This document shows positions 37,661 through 47,133 of a stretch of 48,149 nt of DNA, piece after piece. Position 1 is the stretch's first letter; the number at the start of each line of letters is the position of its first letter. Source of the DNA: Chitinivibrionales bacterium (GTDB lineage Bacteria; Fibrobacterota; Chitinivibrionia; Chitinivibrionales; WJKA01); NCBI GenBank assembly GCA_038247415.1, contig JBBRUX010000030.1, forward strand, positions 1 to 48,149, written 5' to 3'. Position numbers and translations under genes: made by a program. The notes beneath the pieces were generated by a model. That model ran no database searches and was not told the origin of the DNA. It saw only the letters and a program-made list of their open reading frames with translations.

Positions 37661-38509
37661 ATGGAGAAAATTGCAGGCGGAATTAACGATGATATGGCTC
37701 TGGCTCTTTATATGAATGAAATTTCCCGCTTTAAGCCACTTCCTCCCAAAGAAGAGGCGCAGCTTTCTGCAAAAATTAGGACGGGTGACCGCAAAGCATT
37801 GGTCAAACTCCTGGTTTCTAATTTGCGCTTTGTTGTAAGTGTTGCCCGCAATTATCAGCACCAAGGTCTTCCCCTTATCGATCTTATCAACGAAGGTAAT
37901 ATCGGCCTTATCAGAGCTGCCCGAAAATTCGACGAAACGAAGAATTTCAAGTTTATCTCGTATGCAGTTTGGTGGATACGACAATCTATTTTGCAGGCCC
38001 TGGCAGAACAGTCTCGCATTGTAAACCTTCCCCTCAATCGCGTGGGCACCATTTATAAAATTGGTCAAGCCCTTAAGAAGCTGGAGCAGCGCAAGGGTCG
38101 GCAACCAGAAGCTGAAGAAATTGCCGACGAACTCGGTCTTACGTTGCACGAAGTTCGCGACACACTTAAAATTGGCGATTCGCATGTTTCCTTGGATGCA
38201 CCTTTTGAAACTGGCGAAGATTCTTGCCTGATGGACATGATGGTTGACAAAGCTAATGATGTTCCTGACGTGGTATGTTTTGAGCATGCTCTGCAAGATG
38301 AGCTTCGCCGCACGTTGAGCTATCTGCCCGATCGTGAACAACGTATTGTGAGTCTTTATTATGGCATTGGTGAAGAAAATCCTCATACCCTCGAAGAAAT
38401 CGGTGAGAGGTTTAACCTTACGCGCGAACGTGCCCGGCAGATTAAAGAAAATGCCTTGCGACGTTTGCGCAACGAAGCGTCTATCGAGAAATTGCGTACT
38501 TACGCGTAA
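37661..38509 (+). CDS. Short RpoD/SigA-family sigma-70 factor lacking region 1.1
   Basis: LYMNEI, SNLRFVVSVA, DLINEGNIGLIRAA, FISYAVWWIRQSI, SLDAP, TLEEIG, TRERARQI. Confidence 0.95.
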   Translation: MEKIAGGINDDMALALYMNEISRFKPLPPKEEAQLSAKIRTGDRKALVKLLVSNLRFVVSVARNYQHQGLPLIDLINEGNIGLIRAARKFDETKNFKFISYAVWWIRQSILQALAEQSRIVNLPLNRVGTIYKIGQALKKLEQRKGRQPEAEEIADELGLTLHEVRDTLKIGDSHVSLDAPFETGEDSCLMDMMVDKANDVPDVVCFEHALQDELRRTLSYLPDREQRIVSLYYGIGEENPHTLEEIGERFNLTRERARQIKENALRRLRNEASIEKLRTYA

Positions 38510-38513
38510 ATAG

Positions 38514-39353
38514 TTACTTGACATAGGCAAATGACACTCCCTTAGACCATCCAAGATCTGTTTGCTTTATGGTGTTTACAGAAAAACCATACTGCGACGT
38601 TCCCACAAGTAAGCCAATACTCACCGAAAATGGGGATGATCCAATCCCGCCAAGTATCGCGCAATTCTGGGACAGTTGCAAAGCTTCTGCTAGTGCAAAG
38701 CGAATAATCTGATGACGCCCTGGCGTAAGTTCAAACAATAAACCGCTTCGTGCTCCTTTGTAGGGAGCGGTTTCGAGTGCGCATCCAAGCAAAAGCGGAT
38801 CCCCATAAGCAATAGCGCTCTTGTAAATGATCGGAATATTGCGTACCGAGCCACTTAAAAATCCTGCCTGAGAAGCTAATCGCACAGTCGCAGAAAGTGC
38901 TGCGTAAGTACGAATTTTTTGTGGTGCCACATTCAAATATGCAAAGCAGGTTCGTGCATCAATTCCTAGGGCAACATGTTTGGTAATTGTATACCCGATA
39001 CTTGTACGCACTTCATTTTCGAAATACATCCCAAGGGCCGAGAATTGAGAAAAAAAGAGACTGCAACTCGTTTTTTTAAAGCGGAATGCCCCATAGATTT
39101 CTGCGCTGATAAGATCGGTTGCAGTGCCACCCATGGGATCAAAATAAAGAGACGCAGACGTTGCGAATCCATACCGAAAACTATCGGGCAACCAGAGTGC
39201 ATTTGATGCAAACGATAATGAAGATTTCATAAGAGGGCTTTGAATTGTCCCCAATGAACCCATAGAAAAGCCGCTTGTAAAGGGCTCTTGCGTAAATGCG
39301 TGAAGCAGGCTCCCGCCCAGCAGAACTATAAGTATGGTACGCTTTATCGCCAT
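38514..39353 (-). CDS. Hypothetical outer-membrane beta-barrel protein (PorV/PorP-like size and pattern)
   Basis: Likely start ATG 39353 overlapping the upstream stop; signal peptide ending LLHA; FSMGSLG...SNA; ends LGWSKGVSFAYVK. Confidence 0.5.
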   Translation of the reverse strand: MAIKRTILIVLLGGSLLHAFTQEPFTSGFSMGSLGTIQSPLMKSSLSFASNALWLPDSFRYGFATSASLYFDPMGGTATDLISAEIYGAFRFKKTSCSLFFSQFSALGMYFENEVRTSIGYTITKHVALGIDARTCFAYLNVAPQKIRTYAALSATVRLASQAGFLSGSVRNIPIIYKSAIAYGDPLLLGCALETAPYKGARSGLLFELTPGRHQIIRFALAEALQLSQNCAILGGIGSSPFSVSIGLLVGTSQYGFSVNTIKQTDLGWSKGVSFAYVK

Positions 39354-41071
39354 AGCAAGCCTTTTGCTCGCAAAGGCGAGGCGGTCGGTTGATCGTCCCT
39401 TTGTGCAAGGACAAAAAAGGGACCAAGGGGTGCCAAAGACCCTGAGGATGATCTGCCATCCCAGAAAAGGGTCCCTGATGCGCATTGAGTAAATTGCTTG
39501 ATGTTATCTCCACGCATCGACCGTATGGTAATGGTTGCAGTTTTTAGAGGAGGAAGCAGAAGTTTTATCGCAAGAAGATCATCGATGCGATCTTTGTTTG
39601 GTGTAAAGGGAGTTGGGCCAACACTCATTGAAAATGTTACCGAAGCATACGGAAGTCGAGCTTCTGGAACCCCTGGAGTACGGTGCTCTGCAAGCATGAA
39701 TGCTACTGAATCGGATAACGTGCACGCAACGCAGGTTCGTGTGAGGGATTGGAAATTCCAATTCGAATACCAAAGATATGTGTAGTGAGCAGTTGTGATG
39801 GTTTGATGACGTGTGTTTGCAATAATTATAGTATCGTGATAATTGTCAAGAGTTGGCCAGTTGGCAACTTCAATACATTGAAAGGGAATTCCGGGAAAGG
39901 CAGCGCGCAAAAGAGATGTGTTGGGGGTGAGAATGCAGTACGATTTAGCTTCGAGGATGTAATCTGTTTGCGTGATGGGAACATTAACCGATTGGGATCC
40001 AATAGTCCAATTCTTGAGATTGCTTGAAAAGGTTCCGCTATTAAAGCATTCGACCCATTCAGGCGAAGTAGCAGTTGCTCGGGGACTCAGTGTAGTGATG
40101 CAGATCTTGGGCAATGATTGTGCGAATTCTGCTATACTAATAAAGAGTGAGGCACTATCACGAATCGAGTGTGTTGTTAGGATGTAGGTGTTTATACCCA
40201 GCGGGAGACGCATACAAAAAAAGAGCGTGCCATAGGCCGGAGATTCTAAAGTTGTGTCAACAAGAAATACTGTTGAGTTTTCCGAAGTGCCGGTAACACG
40301 AACCGTATTGAGTGGTCCACCGTTAAAACGTCGCACGCCAAGAGAACAAAGAACGGTGTTTTGTATGGTATCCAGGCATTGATACTCGAAGCGAAGAATG
40401 CCTTTGGTATTGTCAATATATCCCGCTGAAGTTTTCGTTTTTTCTGGGAAGTAATTCTTTGTTGGGAGAATGAAAAAATCCGGCACCAGGGAGGTTCCTT
40501 CCCGTGAAGCCACACGCGCATGGAGTGGGAGCTTTGTGTTTTGAAATGTGGGTGCTATTCCCGAATCAAGGGCTGTGCAGATAACGGAATCGATACTGCT
40601 TCGTGTGCCCCGATAGATAAAAAGTCCATCGTTTGCGGTAATTCCCCCTAAGAGGTCAATATGATTGACTGTGAGAATAGTAGCGTTTGTATCAAGAGAA
40701 TATCGGTAGGCGTTTTGATCCGAAAGGTATTCCTTGTCAAAAATGAGGGCTGCGTGGCCTGGAGCAAGGATCGTTGCCGTGCACTTGCATGATGTGCATT
40801 CGGTAGTAAATGCAGCGAAAGGAATAATTGAATCGACGGTTATCCCATTGCTAATGAAGAGGTTGCCAAGCGCAAGTGTTTCTGGTCCAAAGTTTGTGAA
40901 TTCTACAAATTCGTTGCTCTTTCCGCCTCCGATAACGCTTTCGTTTCCAAGGGGATCGCGCATAATTTCTGATATGCGAACATCCGCTGTGCTTGTGTGC
41001 AAAGCTCCGGCAAGAAGTTGCAATCCTAAGAAATAAAGCAGAAAGAAAGAGTACCCGAATTTGATATTCAT
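39344..41071 (-). CDS. Secreted lamin-tail-domain protein with FlgD-Ig / T9SS type-B-like C-terminal domain
   Basis: Likely start ATG 41071; LTD motifs ISEIMRDP..EFVEFTN and EWVECFN..NLKNWTI; C-terminal PFTPNKDRIDD and FWDGR..G. Confidence 0.75.
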   Translation of the reverse strand: MNIKFGYSFFLLYFLGLQLLAGALHTSTADVRISEIMRDPLGNESVIGGGKSNEFVEFTNFGPETLALGNLFISNGITVDSIIPFAAFTTECTSCKCTATILAPGHAALIFDKEYLSDQNAYRYSLDTNATILTVNHIDLLGGITANDGLFIYRGTRSSIDSVICTALDSGIAPTFQNTKLPLHARVASREGTSLVPDFFILPTKNYFPEKTKTSAGYIDNTKGILRFEYQCLDTIQNTVLCSLGVRRFNGGPLNTVRVTGTSENSTVFLVDTTLESPAYGTLFFCMRLPLGINTYILTTHSIRDSASLFISIAEFAQSLPKICITTLSPRATATSPEWVECFNSGTFSSNLKNWTIGSQSVNVPITQTDYILEAKSYCILTPNTSLLRAAFPGIPFQCIEVANWPTLDNYHDTIIIANTRHQTITTAHYTYLWYSNWNFQSLTRTCVACTLSDSVAFMLAEHRTPGVPEARLPYASVTFSMSVGPTPFTPNKDRIDDLLAIKLLLPPLKTATITIRSMRGDNIKQFTQCASGTLFWDGRSSSGSLAPLGPFFVLAQRDDQPTASPLRAKGLLWR

Positions 41072-41135
41072 GCCGTCAATATACAACAATGAACATTGAA
41101 GGTGGGGAGTTTTTTTTAAGGAGTTGCAGTTTAAA

Positions 41136-41165
41136 TTGCAGAGCATGCTGCGGCATGCTCTGCAA
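41136..41165 (-). terminator. Perfect 13-bp hairpin just after the aspS stop; probable terminator or REP-like element
   Basis: TTGCAGAGCATGC-tgcg-GCATGCTCTGCAA; only a short T tract follows on the minus strand. Confidence 0.6.
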
Positions 41166-41171
41166 ATAATC

Positions 41172-42941
41172 TTACGCTATGGGTGTTACGCGGATAGAAA
41201 GCTCCTTGAGCTGTTTATCGGTAACAGGCGATGGGGCATTCATGAGCAGATCCTGCGCTTTTTGGTTCATGGGGAACGCAATAACTTCACGAATGTTTTG
41301 TTCGCCAGCCAAGAGCATGACAATGCGGTCGACTCCGGGAGCAATGCCACCATGAGGTGGTGCGCCGTAGCGAAATGCCTGAATAAGAGCAGGAAACTTT
41401 GCGTCAACAACCGATTTGTCGTATCCCGCAATTTCGAAAGCTTTATACATGACATCTGGGCGGTGGTTTCTGATAGCCCCACTGGACAATTCAATACCAT
41501 TACAGACAATGTCGTATTGATATGCAAGAATAGTGAGAGGGTCCTGTGAAAGGAGCGCTTCAAGTCCGCCCTGAGGCATGGAAAAGGGATTGTGGCTAAA
41601 TACCGGCTTTTGTGTTTCGGGATCGAGTTCAAACATCGGAAAATCAACAATCCAGCAAAATTTAAAGATGCTCTTGTCGATAATATTGAGGTCGTTGCCA
41701 AGTTTGGTGCGAAGATCTCCCGAGATCTTGTTGGCTTCGTGTTCTTGTGCAGCAACAAAAAAGACAACATCGCCAAGGCCAACATCGCAGCGGGAGGCAA
41801 TGTTTTTCATGTTGTCATCGGAGAGAAACTTTGCCAATGGTCCTTTAACTTTCTCCTCCGACCAGACAAGATAGGCCAATCCTTTAGACCCGATGCTTTG
41901 AGCATATTCGACAAGTTTATCAAAAAAGCTGCGTGGTTGGGATGCGATATTCTTGACAGGAATTGCTCGCACAACACCCTTGGATTCGACAGTTTCTTTA
42001 AAAGCTTTAAAATCGGCGGTAGCAAATATGTCGGAAACATCGCGGATTTCTATAGGAATTCTAAGGTCTGGTTTATCGCAACCATATTTGAGCATAGATT
42101 GACGATAAGGAATTCGTGGAAATGGCGGAGGTGTTGCTTGCATCGTAGAAAACTCGGAAAAAATGCCATGAAGCAATTCTTCGAGCGTTTTAAAAATATC
42201 CTCTTGGGTGACAAACGACATTTCGATATCGAGTTGATAAAACTCACCTGGAGATCGGTCTGCACGAGCATCTTCGTCACGGAAACAGGGAGCTATCTGG
42301 AAGTAGCGATCGAATCCCGAGCACATTAATAATTGCTTGAATTGTTGTGGCGCCTGGGGAAGTGCATAAAAGCTTCCGGGATGAACCCGTGATGGTACCA
42401 GGTAATCGCGCGCTCCTTCGGGAGAGGAACTCGTGAGAATGGGTGTTTGGAATTCTGTAAATCCAAAATCGATCATGCGTTTGCGCATCGATGAGATTAC
42501 TTTGGAACGTAAAATGATATTCTGGTGAAGTTTACTACGACGCAAATCGAGATACCGGTGTTTGAGGCGCATATCTTCGGGAGCTATTTCTTCTGGAAAT
42601 ACCGGAAAGGGAACCGGTTCGGCTGGTCCAAGAATCGTAAAGCTTGATGCTTTGATTTCGATCTCGCCTGTTTCCATTTTAGGATTACTGTTTTCGGCCG
42701 AGCGAAGCATCACAACGCCTACGAAGCTGACAACGGTCTCTTTGGGTAGATGCCCAATTTCGTATTGAAAGGGTGCCTCGGGGTAGACAACTACCTGCGT
42801 TATTCCATAATGATCGCGCACATCGATAAAGAGGACTCCTCCATGATCACGACGGTTATGAATCCATCCAGAGATTTTAATGGTAGATCCGTTGTCTGCT
42901 TTGCGCAACTGATTGCAGGTATGCGTACGATATTCATGCAT
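41172..42941 (-). CDS. aspS: Aspartate--tRNA ligase (probably non-discriminating Asp/Asn type)
   Basis: [50 protein letters not shown]. Confidence 0.98.
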   Translation of the reverse strand: MHEYRTHTCNQLRKADNGSTIKISGWIHNRRDHGGVLFIDVRDHYGITQVVVYPEAPFQYEIGHLPKETVVSFVGVVMLRSAENSNPKMETGEIEIKASSFTILGPAEPVPFPVFPEEIAPEDMRLKHRYLDLRRSKLHQNIILRSKVISSMRKRMIDFGFTEFQTPILTSSSPEGARDYLVPSRVHPGSFYALPQAPQQFKQLLMCSGFDRYFQIAPCFRDEDARADRSPGEFYQLDIEMSFVTQEDIFKTLEELLHGIFSEFSTMQATPPPFPRIPYRQSMLKYGCDKPDLRIPIEIRDVSDIFATADFKAFKETVESKGVVRAIPVKNIASQPRSFFDKLVEYAQSIGSKGLAYLVWSEEKVKGPLAKFLSDDNMKNIASRCDVGLGDVVFFVAAQEHEANKISGDLRTKLGNDLNIIDKSIFKFCWIVDFPMFELDPETQKPVFSHNPFSMPQGGLEALLSQDPLTILAYQYDIVCNGIELSSGAIRNHRPDVMYKAFEIAGYDKSVVDAKFPALIQAFRYGAPPHGGIAPGVDRIVMLLAGEQNIREVIAFPMNQKAQDLLMNAPSPVTDKQLKELSIRVTPIA

Positions 42942-43127
42942 AAAAAAGAGGCTCCGTTAAATGAAATACACGATATACACCTGTGCATGTGCTAAGGTAG
43001 TGGCAAAAAATAGTTTCTGGGAAGGATTAAACGGTGGGAAAATGAGGATTTTGGCACCTTCGATGATGTATACTTTATTTAAGTAATAAAGTTATTCTGG
43101 CTCTGCAATTGTTTTAAGGAAATAGAA

Positions 43128-43820
43128 ATGTCGCAAGCAATACCCAAAAAAGGCGTTTTTATTAGTGGTACTTCCACTAATGTGGGAAAAACGTATGTAA
43201 GTGCGCTTATTGCTTCTGCAGTTACCGAATATCGGCCAGTTACCTATTGCAAACCTGTTCAAACCGGATGCGAAAAACTGGTAAATGGTACCCTGGTTGC
43301 GCCCGATTTTGATTATGTTCGTCATGCAGTCAATCTGATCCGCGTGCATAATGATGTTCACGTGCCGTATAAATTTGAGCTGGCTTGTTCTCCGCATCTG
43401 GCTGCTCAAAGTGCACAAGTTAGTCTTTCTATTACCCCAATTGTGGAAGCCGTAGAGGCCTTGTCACAACAAGCATTTGTTGTAGTGGAGGGTGCGGGTG
43501 GCGTGTGTACACCGCTTTCAGAAACGTCAACGATGCTCGATTGCATGTGTGCATTAGGGCTTCCGGTACTTCTTGTTACTACCCCAGAACTAGGCACGCT
43601 TAATCATACAATATTGTCTTATGATCGCTTGGTTCTTGCAGGTTTAACCTGTGGAGGGATTATTTTTAATAATTGTGATCATCTCGAAGAAGATTTTGTT
43701 CGGGTAAGCAATAAAGAGTTTTTAAAAAATCGCTATTCACATATCCCATTTCTTGAAATAGGTTATAAAGCAACCGTAGATACTGCGCTTAAGGAATTTG
43801 TCCATGGACTTTGTCAATAA
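43128..43820 (+). CDS. bioD: Dethiobiotin synthase
   Basis: GTSTNVGKT P-loop, KPVQTG, SPHLAA, VEGAGG, LGTLNHT. Confidence 0.96.
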   Translation: MSQAIPKKGVFISGTSTNVGKTYVSALIASAVTEYRPVTYCKPVQTGCEKLVNGTLVAPDFDYVRHAVNLIRVHNDVHVPYKFELACSPHLAAQSAQVSLSITPIVEAVEALSQQAFVVVEGAGGVCTPLSETSTMLDCMCALGLPVLLVTTPELGTLNHTILSYDRLVLAGLTCGGIIFNNCDHLEEDFVRVSNKEFLKNRYSHIPFLEIGYKATVDTALKEFVHGLCQ

Positions 43821-45141
43821 TATCCCCGAATCGATATGGTTCCCCTTTTCGTACCATTCCGATATGCTAGAGCATCCTCCAGTCACGATTGCACGGGGGC
43901 AAGGTGTGTATGTGTACAGTGCAACGGGAAAAGAATACCTCGATGCTATAGGCTCGTGGTGGGTAAGCCTTTTAGGGCATAATAATCCTGCAATCATGAA
44001 TGCAATTAGAGATCAGCTTGATAAAATCGATCATATTCTCATGGCGGGATTTGTTTCGGATACAACCGTTACACTCGCTCGTTTACTTTCTAACGTATTG
44101 CCTCCCGATTTACCAAAATTCTTTTTTTCGGATAACGGGTCTACTGCAGTTGAAGTAGCGCTTAAAATTGCTATGCAGTATCATGCATTGCGCGGCACTC
44201 AAAAGATGCGATTTGTTTCGCTTGAGGCCGGATATCATGGCGATACGCTTGGGGCAATGTCGGTAGGGGCTATCCCAATGTATCACAATCTTTTTCAGGT
44301 TAACCCCCACGATCGTCTCATTGCACATTCTCCCTATTGTTATAGGTGTCCGGTTGGTAAAGATGTCGCGTCGTGTAAGGCAGAGTGCATGGATTCTTTA
44401 GAGATGATATTTAAGCGCCACCACGATTCGATTGCGGCGTGTATTTACGAGCCGATGGTTCAAGGCGCTGCTGGAATGAGGGTGTATCCGCCCAAGGTTT
44501 TGAGCCGGATTGTAGGGCTGTGCAAGCAGTATCATGTTCTTGCAATTGCCGATGAAGTTGCCATGGGATTTTGCAGAACTGGTAAATTCTGGGCCAGTCA
44601 ACACATTTCCGAAATGCCCGATATGTTATGCTGCGCTAAAGGATTAACAGGAGGTGTCGTGCCCATGGCCCTCACTGCAGTTTCCCAAGGTATTTACGAA
44701 GAGTTTAAGGGAACATTTCCAGACGACCGTATTTTTCAGCATGGTCATTCATTTACCGGAAATCCTATTGCTTCTGCTGCCGCTGTGGCTACCTTGACAA
44801 TTCTTACAGAAGAACACTACCCAACCTGTAAAGACGTGCTCTGTGCCTATTTCGCACAAGCGCTTCAAAAATGCGCAGACTTAGCCTGTGTTGGTGATAT
44901 TCGTTGCGTTGGTATGGTTGGGGCGCTTGAACTGGTTGCTGATCGAATCACGTTGCAACCATTTCCTCGTCAAGATCGCATTCCTATGCGCATTATGTAT
45001 AAGGCGCATGAGCTCGGCGTGCTGATTCGTCCTATTGGTAATGTACTGTATTTTATTCCCGCACTTACCATTACCCCGGCACACATAGACATCATGATTG
45101 CACTCACGATGGAAGCAATTTCCTCGGTTGTCTATGCGTGA
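43804..45141 (+). CDS. bioA: Adenosylmethionine--8-amino-7-oxononanoate transaminase
   Basis: IWFPF, DAIGSWW, DNGSTAVEVALK, YHGDT, ADEVA, AKGLTGG, HGHSFTGNP. Confidence 0.96.
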   Translation: MDFVNNIPESIWFPFSYHSDMLEHPPVTIARGQGVYVYSATGKEYLDAIGSWWVSLLGHNNPAIMNAIRDQLDKIDHILMAGFVSDTTVTLARLLSNVLPPDLPKFFFSDNGSTAVEVALKIAMQYHALRGTQKMRFVSLEAGYHGDTLGAMSVGAIPMYHNLFQVNPHDRLIAHSPYCYRCPVGKDVASCKAECMDSLEMIFKRHHDSIAACIYEPMVQGAAGMRVYPPKVLSRIVGLCKQYHVLAIADEVAMGFCRTGKFWASQHISEMPDMLCCAKGLTGGVVPMALTAVSQGIYEEFKGTFPDDRIFQHGHSFTGNPIASAAAVATLTILTEEHYPTCKDVLCAYFAQALQKCADLACVGDIRCVGMVGALELVADRITLQPFPRQDRIPMRIMYKAHELGVLIRPIGNVLYFIPALTITPAHIDIMIALTMEAISSVVYA

Positions 45142-46294
45142 TCTTCCGCTGTTTACACGAATTGCCAAAGAATTGGCACATAAGCGCGAGCATTCTTTGT
45201 TGCGTGTAACCCCTCATTCGCTTGCTAAGGGGGTAATTGATTTTTCTTCGAATAGCTATTGTTCCTTGCATACCTGTGGCGAAATTCATGCAGAGGCTCT
45301 CATGCTTTGTGATGGAGATGTTGCAGGAAACGGATCATCGCGGCTTATTGGCGTACAATCGAGTATGTTTACATCTTTAGAAAACGAACTTGCAGATTGG
45401 AAGCATACCGAGGCGGCTCTTGTATTTACAGGAGGGTATCAGACAAACTGTGGGATTATCAGCGCCTTGTGTACGCGCGACACCGTTGTGTTTTCCGATC
45501 GTTTAAATCATGCTTCAATTGTTGATGGCATAAAACTAGGTGGTGCTCATGTGCAGCGATACCATCATGTGGATATGTCCGATCTAAAAAATCGGCTTGC
45601 ATCGTGCACTGCACAAGAAAAAATCATCATTACGGATACCATTTTTAGCATGGACGGCGATGCTGCCCCGCTTGCCGATTTGTGTTCTTTGAGTCACGAA
45701 TTTGGCGCGCTCCTCATGGTAGATGAAGCTCATGCTACGGGCGTTTTTGGCGCCACCCTTTCTGGATTTGTTGAAGCGTGCAACTGTGAAGATGGCGTTG
45801 ACATTCGCATGGGAACGCTCTCCAAGGCTCTAGGCGGGTTAGGCGGCTTTTTTTGTGGCACAGTGCTCATGCGGGAGTTTCTTGTCAATAATGCCAGAAG
45901 TCTTATCTATGCTACTGCCTTGCCCTCAGTGGTATTGGCGTGGAATCTTGCCGCAATTCGGTATCTTCGCAATCACACAGCTCTAGGTCGTTTACTATTA
46001 GAAAAATCAAATGCTTTTAAAGTGTCTCTTGAAGAAGCTGGTTTTTCTACGCTCAACACGATTTCTCCCATAATTCCCGCTCGTATGATCTCCGACGAAA
46101 ATGCTATGAAGGCATCAGCTTTTTTACTCTCGCACAATATCCGCGTTCCAGCAATCCGCCCGCCTACAGTTCCTGCTGGCACAGCACGACTTAGATTTTC
46201 GCTTCAAGCAAATACCACGCAATCCGACTGCGATCGGGCTCTTGCTGCGCTAAAGGCTTTTGTGGCACAATCTCGCGACAGATGCGACGAATAA
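45134..46294 (+). CDS. bioF: 8-amino-7-oxononanoate synthase
   Basis: Start ATG 45134 overlaps the bioA stop; FSSNSY, SDRLNHASIVDG, FSMDGD, VDEAHA, GTLSKA, AIRPPTVP. Confidence 0.93.
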   Translation: MRDLPLFTRIAKELAHKREHSLLRVTPHSLAKGVIDFSSNSYCSLHTCGEIHAEALMLCDGDVAGNGSSRLIGVQSSMFTSLENELADWKHTEAALVFTGGYQTNCGIISALCTRDTVVFSDRLNHASIVDGIKLGGAHVQRYHHVDMSDLKNRLASCTAQEKIIITDTIFSMDGDAAPLADLCSLSHEFGALLMVDEAHATGVFGATLSGFVEACNCEDGVDIRMGTLSKALGGLGGFFCGTVLMREFLVNNARSLIYATALPSVVLAWNLAAIRYLRNHTALGRLLLEKSNAFKVSLEEAGFSTLNTISPIIPARMISDENAMKASAFLLSHNIRVPAIRPPTVPAGTARLRFSLQANTTQSDCDRALAALKAFVAQSRDRCDE

Positions 46295-46296
46295 TA

Positions 46297-46660
46297 ATGT
46301 CTACGGGTATTAAACATAACCGACAATCAATACGCCTGCAAGGATTCGATTATGCGCAACTTGGTTATTATTTCATTGCGATATGTATTCATGATCGAAA
46401 GCACAATAATGTTGGTGTGATATACCAAGCCATTTCCCACATGAGAAAATTGATGAATTCATCCTGATGCCGGATCATGTTCATGGGAAAATCAGAATCG
46501 TTGACACAAGAGTCGGGGTTCAAATTATTGAACCCCGACGGACATCGATGTTACAACCCCCAATCAAAAATCAATATCAACAGATAATTCCCTGATTAAT
46601 TGGTGCCATCATTCGTAAAAACATTAGGGAAAACCCTGTTAAATGGAGTTTTGACTGCGA
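46297..46660 (+). pseudogene. Decayed REP-associated tyrosine transposase (RAYT, IS200/Y1_Tnp family)
   Basis: HNRQSIRLQGFDYAQLGYYFIAIC, then frameshift to CWCDIPSHFP..DEFILMPDHVHG (HUH), in-frame TGA, then IGAIIRK-NIRENPVKWSFD with internal deletions. Confidence 0.85.
46512..46539. repeat. REP-like perfect 12-bp inverted repeat inside the RAYT remnant
   Basis: GTCGGGGTTCAA-atta-TTGAACCCCGAC. Confidence 0.7.
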
Positions 46661-46829
46661 TGAAACCTCACAGCACACAAAGTCTTTTTGCAACTACTAT
46701 GTTACAATTTGACTGTAAAAATGCAATATAGGCATTGCATTGTTACCTAATTTATTTTGACTTTTAGCCCATAATAAGCACACCGAGAAATAGACTGTCT
46801 CATTTTACTCACAGTACTTCGATAAATAA

Positions 46830-46859
46830 TTGCCTTTTGCCTCTTCGATATGTTATTTT
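46830..46859 (+). promoter_or_regulatory. Putative promoter for rpsU
   Basis: TTGCCT-18 nt-TATTTT with a TGn extended -10. Confidence 0.35.
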
Positions 46860-46918
46860 AATAAATTGTAACACATTTAAGTTGATGAACACCCTTTTTA
46901 CGATGAGGAACCGGTCTC

Positions 46919-47119
46919 ATGAACGGAATTGAAGTACGCGATGGTGAAGTGATTGAACGAGCCCTGCGCCGTTTTTCTAAAACATGCGAACGTGCTGGTG
47001 TATTGTCTGACATCAAGAAATATCGTCACTTCGAAAAGCCCAGTGAAGAACGCAAACGCCGCATTAACGCCGCTAAACGAAAACGCATGCGTGATGGCCG
47101 CCGTTTCGAAACTCGCTAA
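46919..47119 (+). CDS. rpsU: 30S ribosomal protein S21
   Basis: IERALRRF, HFEKPSEERKR; GAGGA ribosome-binding site. Confidence 0.96.
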   Translation: MNGIEVRDGEVIERALRRFSKTCERAGVLSDIKKYRHFEKPSEERKRRINAAKRKRMRDGRRFETR

Positions 47120-47133
47120 TTTTTATTCTTCTC

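Noticed and set aside
37442..38554. 370-aa minus-strand ORF
   Set aside because: It is the antisense shadow of the clearly conserved sigma factor gene and has no recognisable motifs
41592..42329. 245-aa plus-strand ORF and other ORFs overlapping aspS
   Set aside because: Antisense or alternative-frame shadows of aspS with no independent coding signal
45134..46294. BioF-like gene as the serine palmitoyltransferase partner of the ceramide-synthase-like GNAT
   Set aside because: It overlaps bioA in a bioD-bioA-bioF operon and has the AIRPPTVP motif typical of BioF; it lies about 11 kb from the cluster
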